The position numbers were made by a program, and so were the translations under genes. Below are positions 43,864 through 51,664 of a DNA stretch of 51,664 bases, piece by piece (within the stretch, counting starts at the first letter, position 1; each line of letters opens with the position of its first letter). Source of the DNA: a virus (lineage: Duplodnaviria > Heunggongvirae > Uroviricota > Caudoviricetes); the IMG/VR virus record IMGVR_UViG_2585427970_000003; one strand, 5' to 3'. The notes under the pieces are model-generated. The model did not search any database. It was given only the letters and a program-made list of their open reading frames with translations, and was not told the origin of the DNA.

Positions 43864-44042
43864 AGGTAATTTAAAAACGGTTCTGTGAAAGTGACACGAA
43901 CCGATCTCCATCGATGTTACTCACCGATCTCCTTCACGGTAATACGCAGCTTCAGGCATCAGTATTCGTTGAAATATTTATAACCCCAATAAATGGCGTC
44001 AGGAATGACGCCTTTTTTATTGCAGAAAAGCGAGAGGTAATT

Positions 44043-44642
44043 ATGCGTAAAGTTTGTGCAGCCATTTTGTCCGCAGCCATTTGTCTGGCCGTATCCGGTG
44101 CGCCTGCATGGGCGTCTGAACATCAGTCCACGCTGAGCGCGGGGTATCTTCATGCCCGGACCAACGTTCCCGGCAGTGATGATCTGAACGGGATTAACGT
44201 GAAATACCGTTATGAGTTTACGGATACGCTGGGGCTGGTGACGTCATTCAGCTATGCAGGAGACAAGAATCGCCAGCTGACCCATTACAGCGATACCCGC
44301 TGGCATGAAGATTCCGTTCGTAACCGCTGGTTCAGCGTAATGGCGGGGCCGTCTGTGCGCGTGAATGAATGGTTCAGCGCGTATGCGATGGCGGGTGTGG
44401 CTTACAGCCGTGTGTCGACTTTCTCCGGGGATTATCTCCGCGTAACTGACAACAAGGGGAAAACGCACGACGTGCTGACCGGAAGTGATGACGGTCGCCA
44501 CAGCAACACGTCTCTGGCGTGGGGAGCTGGCGTGCAGTTTAACCCGACCGAATCCGTGGCCATTGATATTGCTTATGAAGGCTCCGGCAGTGGCGACTGG
44601 CGCACTGACGGTTTCATCGTGGGTGTCGGTTATAAGTTCTGA
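44043..44642 (+). CDS. lom: Lom outer-membrane protein (Ail/Lom family)
   Basis: MRKVCAAILSAAICLAVSGAPAWA signal peptide; C-terminus ...DIAYEGSGSGDWRTDGFIVGVGYKF as in lambda Lom. Confidence 0.85.
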   Translation: MRKVCAAILSAAICLAVSGAPAWASEHQSTLSAGYLHARTNVPGSDDLNGINVKYRYEFTDTLGLVTSFSYAGDKNRQLTHYSDTRWHEDSVRNRWFSVMAGPSVRVNEWFSAYAMAGVAYSRVSTFSGDYLRVTDNKGKTHDVLTGSDDGRHSNTSLAWGAGVQFNPTESVAIDIAYEGSGSGDWRTDGFIVGVGYKF

Positions 44643-44670
44643 TTAGCCAGGTAACACAGTGTTATGACAG

Positions 44671-44697
44671 CCCGCCGGTTCAGGCGGGCTTTTTTGT
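44671..44697 (+). terminator. Intrinsic terminator after lom
   Basis: GCCCGCC-GGTTCA-GGCGGGC hairpin followed by TTTTTTG. Confidence 0.65.
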
Positions 44698-44706
44698 GGG
44701 GTGAAT

Positions 44707-47700
44707 ATGGCAGTAAAGATTTCAGGTGTACTGAAAGACGGCACAGGAAAACCGGTACAGAACTGCACAATCCAGCTGAAAGCAAAACGTAACAGCACCA
44801 CGGTGGTGGTGAACACGCTGGCCTCAGAAAATCCGGATGAAGCCGGGCGTTACAGCATGGACGTTGAGTACGGTCAGTACAGCGTTATTCTGTTGGTGGA
44901 AGGATTCCCGCCGTCACATGCCGGGACCATCACCGTGTATGAAGATTCCCGACCCGGTACGCTGAATGATTTTCTCGGTGCCATGACGGAGGATGATGCC
45001 CGTCCGGAGGCTCTGCGCCGTTTTGAACTGATGGTGGAAGAGGTGGCGCGTAACGCGTCCGCGGTGGCACAGAACACGGCAGCCGCGAAGAAGTCAGCCA
45101 GTGATGCCGGCACATCTGCCAGTGAGGCGGCAACCCATGCGACTGATGCTGCAGGCTCAGCGCGTGCAGCCAGCACGTCAGCCGGACAGGCCGCGACGTC
45201 GGCTCAGGAGGCGTCTTCCAGCGCAGGAACGGCATCAACAAAGGCCACTGAAGCATCAAAAAGTGCTGCCGCTGCAGAGTCCTCAAAAAGCGCGGCGGCC
45301 ACCAGTGCCGGTGCCGCGAAAACGTCAGAAACGAATGCTGCAGCGTCACAAAAATCAGCAGCCACTTCTGCATCCACTGCGACGACGAAAGCGTCAGAAG
45401 CCGCCACTTCAGCCCGGGATGCGGCGGCCTCCAAAGAGGCGGCAAAATCATCAGAAACGAACGCCTCCACAAGCGCCAGCAGTGCAGCCTCCTCGGCAAC
45501 GGCGGCAGGAAATTCCGTGAAGGCGGCAAAAACGTCCGAGACGAATGCTAAGTCTTCTGAAACGGCAGCGGAACAGAGCGCCTCAGCTGCGGCAGACTCT
45601 GAGACAACAGCTGCATCATCGGCCCGTGAGGCGTCCATTAAGGCAGAGGAGGCAGCAGTCAGTGCCACCGCCGCCGGAAAATCGGCAGAAAGCGCCGCAT
45701 CATCCGCTTCAACAGCCACAACGAAGGCTGGCGAAGCCACTGAACAGGCCAGCGCAGCAGCGAGGTCTGCTTCCGCAGCGAAGACATCCGAAACGAACGC
45801 GAAAGCGTCGGAAACCAGCGCAGAATCCTCAAAAACGGCTGCCGCATCGTCCGCCAGTTCGGCGGCGTCATCGGCATCATCGGCGTCTGCTTCAAAAGAT
45901 GAGGCGACCAGACAGGCGTCAGCAGCGAGGGGCAGCGCCACGACGGCATCCACGAAGGCGACAGAGGCTGCTGGCAGTGCGGCAGCGGCAGCACAGAGCA
46001 AAAGTACGGCAGAATCCGCAGCAACGCGCGCCGAGACAGCAGCAAAACGGGCAGAGGATATTGCATCCGCCGTGGCGCTTGAGGATGCGAGCACGACGAA
46101 AAAGGGGATAGTACAGCTCAGTAGTGCGACTAACAGCACTTCCGAGTCACTGGCGGCAACACCAAAAGCCGTTAAGGCCGCGTATGACCTGGCTAACGGG
46201 AAATACACCGCACAGGATGCAACGACAGCACAGAAAGGGATAATCCAGCTAAGCAGCGCGACCAACAGCACGTCTGAAACGCTTGCCGCGACACCAAAGG
46301 CAGTAAAAGCAGCCAATGACAATGCTGAGAAACGTCTGCAGAAAGATCAGAACGGTGCGGATATCCCTGGCAAAGATACCTTTACGAAAAATATTGGTGC
46401 CTGCCGTGCCTTCGGTGGGTCAGTAAGCACAACAACAGGAAACTGGACGACTGCACAGTTTATCGAGTGGCTGGATTCTCAGGGAGCATTTAACCATCCA
46501 TACTGGATGTGCAAGGGTTCCTGGTCTTATGGCAATAATAAAATCATTACTGATACTGACTGCGGTAATATTCATCTCGCCGGAGCTGTCATTGAAGTAA
46601 TGGGGATAAAGTCAGCGATGACGATCCGCATTACCACACCGACCACCTCCACTGGTGGTGGAACAACTAACGCCCAGTTTACCTATATTAATCACGGAAC
46701 AGATTATTCACCTGGCTGGCGAAGGGACTATAACTCCAGAAATAAGCCAACGGCATCAGAGATCGGGGCGTTACCGTCAGGTGGAACAGCAGTATCATCA
46801 GTTAATCTGGCTTCAAAAGGTCGGGTAACCGCGCTGACAGACAATACGCAGGGGGCAGCAGGTCTTGAGTTATACGAGGTGTATAACAACGGATATCCAA
46901 CAGCGTATGGAAATATCATTCACCTGAAAGGGATGACAGCCGTTGGCGAAGGTGAGTTACTCATCGGCTGGAGTGGTACAAGCGGTGCTCATGCTCCGGC
47001 ATTTATTCGTTCACGACGGGATACGACCGACGCAAACTGGTCGCCGTGGGCGCAGCTTTACACCTCGGCTCATCCTCCTGCAGAGTTTTATCCAGTCGGT
47101 GCACCAATCCCGTGGCCATCAGATACCGTTCCGTCTGGCTATGCCCTGATGCAGGGGCAGACTTTTGACAAATCTGCATACCCGAAACTTGCAGTTGCTT
47201 ATCCGTCAGGCGTGATCCCTGATATGCGTGGCTGGACGATTAAGGGCAAGCCCGCCAGTGGTCGGGCCGTATTATCTCAGGAACAGGACGGCATTAAATC
47301 GCACACCCACAGCGCCAGCGCATCCAGTACGGATTTGGGGACGAAAACCACATCGTCGTTTGATTACGGAACCAAATCCACGAATAACACCGGGGCGCAT
47401 ACCCATAGTATTAGCGGGACCGCAAATAGTGCCGGTGCGCACCAACACAAGAGTTCCGGTGCATTTGGTGGCACGAACACGAGCATTTTCCCTAATGGTT
47501 ATACCGCGATTTCAAATCTAAGCGCGGGGATTATGAGCACAACAAGCGGTAGTGGCCAGACTCGTAATGCAGGGAAGACATCATCAGATGGTGCTCATAC
47601 CCACTCGCTGTCCGGCACTGCTGCAAGCGCAGGCGCACATGCACATACTGTCGGTATTGGTGCTCATACGCACTCCGTTGCGATTGGTTCACATGGACAC

Positions 47701-47781
47701 ACCATCACCGTTAACGCTGCTGGTAACGCGGAAAACACCGTCAAAAACATCGCATTTAACTATATTGTGAGGCTTGCATAA
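44707..47781 (+). CDS. stf: Side tail fibre Stf (full length)
   Basis: [60 protein letters not shown]...; long Ala/Ser/Thr-rich central repeat; His-rich C-terminal region. Confidence 0.85.
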
Positions 47782-48356
47782 TGGCATTCAGAATGAGTGA
47801 ACAACCACGGACCATAAAAATTTATAATCTGCTGGCCGGAACTAATGAATTTATTGGTGAAGGTGATGCATATATTCCGCCTCATACAGGTCTGCCAGCA
47901 AACAGTACCGATATTGCACCGCCAGATATTCCGGCTGGCTTCGTGGCTGTTTTCAACAGTGATGAGTCATCGTGGCATCTCGTTGAAGATCATCGGGGTA
48001 AAACGGTTTATGACGTGGCTTCCGGCGACGCGTTATTTATTTCTGAACTCGGTCCGTTACCGGAAAATGTTACCTGGTTATCGCCGGAAGGGGAGTTTCA
48101 GAAGTGGAACGGCACAGCCTGGGTGAAGGATACGGAAGCAGAAAAACTGTTCCGGATCCGGGAGGCGGAAGAAACAAAAAACAACTTGATGCAGGTAGCC
48201 AGTGAGCATATTGCGCCGCTTCAGGATGCTGCAGATCTGGAAATTGCAACGGAGGAAGAAATCTCGTTGCTGGAAGCATGGAAAAAGTATCGGGTATTGC
48301 TGAACCGTGTTGATACGTCAACTGCACAGGATATTGAATGGCCAGCACTGCCGTAG
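47781..48356 (+). CDS. tfa: Tail fibre assembly protein Tfa
   Basis: 191 aa; start overlaps stf stop by 1 nt. Confidence 0.8.
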
Positions 48357-48453
48357 GGTAAAACATATAAATTCTATAATTAGATGTATCTTTCCATTTA
48401 CGGCAAGGAAGGGGGCTTGGAAGACGTAAAGCATCTCACACCGAGATTATTTT

Positions 48454-49044
48454 TTATATGTCAGGTGTCTGAAGTTTTGCTTTGGCTCTTAAAATGGTTT
48501 GCCGCGAGGTTTTGAATTCCCGGGCAATGGCACTTATACTTACACCTGACTTAATTCGTTCGAATACCGCCTGTTTCTGTTCTTCATTTAACACAGGTGG
48601 TCGACCAAAACGTTTCCCTGCGCCGCGGGCTCTTACTATCCCGGAATGAGTGCGTTCAAGTAAAAGGTCTCGTTCAAATTCAGCGACTGCTGAAATTACT
48701 TGCATCATCATTTTTCCTGTTGGACTGGTCAGGTCAATGCCCCCCAATGCTAAGCAATGCACTCTGATACCTGTTTCGGTCAGTTGTTCCACTGTTTTCC
48801 TGATATCCATTGCATTACAGCCAAGGCGATCCAGTTTTGTCACAATCAATTGATCACCACATTTCAGGCGAGCAAGCAACCGGTTAAAACCAGGACGCTC
48901 ACTGGTTGCTGCTGAGCCGCTAATGTGTTCTTCGATTATTTGCTGAGGTTTGATTTTAAAACCTGCACTTTCGATTTCCCGGCGTTGATTTTCGGTGGTC
49001 TGATCCAGCGTTGATATCCGACAGTAAGCAAAAATTTGAGACAT
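48454..49044 (-). CDS. pin: Serine recombinase, Pin-type DNA invertase
   Basis: 196 aa [29 protein letters not shown]...; resolvase catalytic Ser motif and C-terminal HTH. Confidence 0.85.
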   Translation of the reverse strand: MSQIFAYCRISTLDQTTENQRREIESAGFKIKPQQIIEEHISGSAATSERPGFNRLLARLKCGDQLIVTKLDRLGCNAMDIRKTVEQLTETGIRVHCLALGGIDLTSPTGKMMMQVISAVAEFERDLLLERTHSGIVRARGAGKRFGRPPVLNEEQKQAVFERIKSGVSISAIAREFKTSRQTILRAKAKLQTPDI

Positions 49045-49360
49045 AGTGAGACTCTATACGAAATTGGTGTTCATATCATAATGCATCTCAGAAAATAATT
49101 ATGATTATTTTTGTGCATATTTGTATGTACACGTTCGAAAATAAACGAATGCGTATGCAACCCCGTAATTTTGGTGAGACCCAAAATCGATTTTGTGAAA
49201 AATGGCTTTAACTCGGTTTGTTTTTCGAGTTCCGGGCGGACTCAAGGAAGAAGAATAGTGTTGCGTGTTATTTTAACCAGATTTCAAGTTGTTTGGTCGT
49301 GGAAAAGTGGAGCAAAATGTTGTTAAAGTGGAAAAATGATAAAAAAGTAAGTTTATTATA

Positions 49361-49594
49361 TTACATTTTACCATTTAAATTTTGGTTGTCTTTAAGAACT
49401 GATATCGCTGTTTGTAATAATTCTTTGTTATCCAGCCATGATTTTTTCTTTATGTTTCCTTCAATGTAATCAAGCAATGTTCTGGTATTGATAGGTCTTC
49501 CCTGTTTTGCTACTTCCACTACAGCATCCCCTAGGATAATTCTTACTTCAGGAAGCTGCGCAGGGAACCACTTTAGGGTGTCTTTTGATTTCAT
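49361..49594 (-). CDS. ydfK: YdfK/YnaE-family small protein
   Basis: 77 aa from MKSKDTLKWFPAQLPEVRIILGDAVVEVAKQGRPINTRTLLDYIEGNIKKKSWLDNKELLQ...; ORF extends to 49627. Confidence 0.7.
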   Translation of the reverse strand: MKSKDTLKWFPAQLPEVRIILGDAVVEVAKQGRPINTRTLLDYIEGNIKKKSWLDNKELLQTAISVLKDNQNLNGKM

Positions 49595-50380
49595 GAAGAT
49601 ATTCCTTAAAATATTATTGATTTTCATTGCGATATTGTATGTCTGATTCAGGATATGTTGACTTATACATCGGTTTTGTCTGGGTTATTGGATATGCCAA
49701 TCCCTAATTTTATTAGGGCATGACTAAAAATGCTGAATATGATAAGGAGAGATGTGATTATCAGTATGCTGTTCATATAGCCTCGAATTAGTAATGTGTT
49801 ATATATGATATAGTTGACAATTTTTATCTTGGGTGTTCTTAAAGTTCGTAGATAAACATTGTCGTTTCAGGTATACAGGAATGCTAACAGGTGGCAGCAA
49901 AAATCAGGCGGTTTATGGCGCAAGCTGAAGCGGCAACTGCAAACTATCTTATGCAGAGACTCTACACGGATTGGGTTTAAAAGTATACATAGATAACAGT
50001 TTTTATCTGAAAAAGAAAAATATCAAGGTGATATAGCCTATAGGCCTTTGATGCGGAGGAATGAATGTGATGGGAGTGATGTATCTGAATAGTTGAAAAA
50101 CCGCAGACACGCCTTATGCAAAAACGTGCTGCGATTGGCTGGTAAATTTTTCGATAGTGTGAGTATTGAATGATTTCCAGCCGTTCTTGATTTTACGCAT
50201 AAATCCATGAAAAAACTACTTATCTGTTGGGGAGTTTTTTTGGGGCATATATGGGACAGAAATAGGCCCCAGATAGACACTGAGATCGAACTTAGGATGC
50301 TTTTTAAAAAAATGCAACTATCTGAAAAAACCTAGAAAACGCCAAGGAAACCACAGGATGGGAAAAAACACCTGTGAATT

Positions 50381-51664
50381 ATGGATTTCCAGTTATATTC
50401 GCTCGGCGCAGCGTTAGTGTTTCATGAAATATTTTTTCCTGAATCATCAACGGCAATGGCGTTAATTCTGGCAATGGGAACCTACGGTGCAGGTTATGTG
50501 GCGCGTATTGTCGGAGCATTTATTTTCGGCAAAATGGGCGACAGAATAGGGCGTAAAAAAGTGCTCTTTATTACCATCACCATGATGGGGATCTGTACCA
50601 CCTTAATTGGTGTGTTACCGACCTATGCACAGATTGGTGTTTTTGCACCCATCTTGCTGGTGACGTTGCGTATTATTCAGGGGTTGGGTGCAGGTGCGGA
50701 AATTTCCGGTGCCGGTACGATGCTGGCGGAATATGCGCCAAAAGGTAAGCGCGGAATTATCTCCTCATTTGTGGCTATGGGAACTAACTGCGGAACCTTG
50801 AGCGCAACGGCAATCTGGGCCTTTATGTTCTTCATTCTCAGTAAAGAGGAACTGCTGGCGTGGGGATGGCGTATACCGTTCCTGGCGAGCGTTGTCGTGA
50901 TGGTCTTTGCTATCTGGTTGCGTATGAATCTGAAAGAAAGCCCGGTCTTTGAGAAGGTTAACGACAGTAACCAACCGACAGCAAAACCTGCACCTGCTGG
51001 TAGCATGTTCCAGAGCAAATCCTTCTGGCTGGCAACAGGGCTGCGTTTTGGTCAGGCGGGTAACTCCGGGTTAATTCAGACTTTCCTTGCAGGCTATTTA
51101 GTGCAGACGTTATTGTTTAACAAAGCAATTCCAACAGATGCATTGATGATCAGTTCGATTCTCGGCTTTATGACCATTCCGTTCCTTGGTTGGTTATCCG
51201 ATAAAATTGGTCGCCGGATCCCGTATATTATTATGAATACCTCCGCGATTGTGCTGGCATGGCCAATGCTTTCTATCATTGTAGATAAAAGCTATGCCCC
51301 GAGCACCATTATGGTTGCACTGATTGTGATTCATAACTGTGCGGTGCTGGGATTATTTGCTCTGGAAAACATTACCATGGCAGAAATGTTCGGCTGTAAA
51401 AACCGCTTTACCCGGATGGCTATTTCTAAAGAAATTGGTGGTCTTATCGCTTCCGGTTTTGGTCCTATCCTGGCGGGTATTTTCTGCACCATGACGGAAT
51501 CCTGGTATCCGATCGCCATTATGATCATGGCATATTCAGTGATTGGTTTAATCTCTGCGCTGAAAATGCCAGAGGTGAAAGACCGTGATTTAAGTGCGCT
51601 GGAAGACGCTGCGGAAGATCAACCGCGTGTTGTAAGAGCTGCGCAACCTTCCAGAAGTCTGTAA
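50381..51664 (+). CDS. ydfJ: MFS transporter YdfJ, 5'-truncated remnant at the prophage junction
   Basis: 427-aa ORF with MFS motif GKMGDRIGRKK unusually close to the N-terminus and multiple TM segments; in-frame stop at 50375..50377 just upstream. Confidence 0.75.
   Translation: MDFQLYSLGAALVFHEIFFPESSTAMALILAMGTYGAGYVARIVGAFIFGKMGDRIGRKKVLFITITMMGICTTLIGVLPTYAQIGVFAPILLVTLRIIQGLGAGAEISGAGTMLAEYAPKGKRGIISSFVAMGTNCGTLSATAIWAFMFFILSKEELLAWGWRIPFLASVVVMVFAIWLRMNLKESPVFEKVNDSNQPTAKPAPAGSMFQSKSFWLATGLRFGQAGNSGLIQTFLAGYLVQTLLFNKAIPTDALMISSILGFMTIPFLGWLSDKIGRRIPYIIMNTSAIVLAWPMLSIIVDKSYAPSTIMVALIVIHNCAVLGLFALENITMAEMFGCKNRFTRMAISKEIGGLIASGFGPILAGIFCTMTESWYPIAIMIMAYSVIGLISALKMPEVKDRDLSALEDAAEDQPRVVRAAQPSRSL

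Larger units (their letters stand above)
41368..43948 (+). mobile_element. IS21-family insertion sequence (about 2.58 kb) with 5-bp target duplication GCTTC
   Basis: Imperfect ~49-bp terminal inverted repeats (41368..41416 vs 43901..43948), termini 5'-TG...CA-3'; direct repeat GCTTC at 41363..41367 and 43949..43953; istA and istB inside. Confidence 0.8.

Noticed and set aside
44874-46322. Long antisense and alternative-frame ORFs (up to 372 aa) full of Ala, Ser, Pro, Arg
   Set aside because: They lie inside the stf Ala/Ser/Thr-rich repeat, where GC-rich repetitive codons leave other frames open by chance; the sense-strand Stf product is lambda-like.
48357-48453. Invertible tail-fibre segment controlled by pin
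   Set aside because: Only 98 bp separate tfa from pin and there are no inverted alternative stf/tfa gene copies or gix-like repeats.
50038-50280. 80-aa minus-strand ORF in the junction region
   Set aside because: AT-rich junction sequence with no ribosome-binding site or recognisable motifs; likely non-coding.

Overview
This window is almost entirely one lambdoid prophage of the Escherichia coli Qin type, integrated in the MFS transporter gene ydfJ (3' remnant at 50381..51664). From left to right it holds: integrase and excisionase; a large RecE-like exonuclease; the DicA-repressed division-inhibition operon (ydfA-ydfB-ydfC-dicF-dicB-ydfD, minus strand); the dicA/dicC immunity switch; a YdaT-like gene and an iteron-bearing replication initiator; a decayed cargo region (methyltransferase and acidic-protein pseudogenes, a small membrane protein, a DDE transposase); the morons flxA, relBE-hokD and rem; ydfU and the Q antiterminator with a late promoter and terminator; three cspA-family genes (cspF-like, cspB, cspI); a phage-21-type lysis cassette; gnsB, ydfO, ynfO; then a lambda cos site and a near-complete lambda-type head and tail module (Nu1 through J, lom, stf, tfa); an orphan Pin recombinase; and ydfK. 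Protein identifications and all comparisons to lambda and K-12 Qin are from memory, not from a database search. Two lesions hit tail genes: a stop codon at codon 3 of the tape-measure gene H, and an IS21-family element inserted in the last codons of J with a 5-bp target duplication. I did not find a convincing novel multi-gene system; the least-explained loci are the 8.0-10.5 kb cargo region and the small membrane-protein islet.
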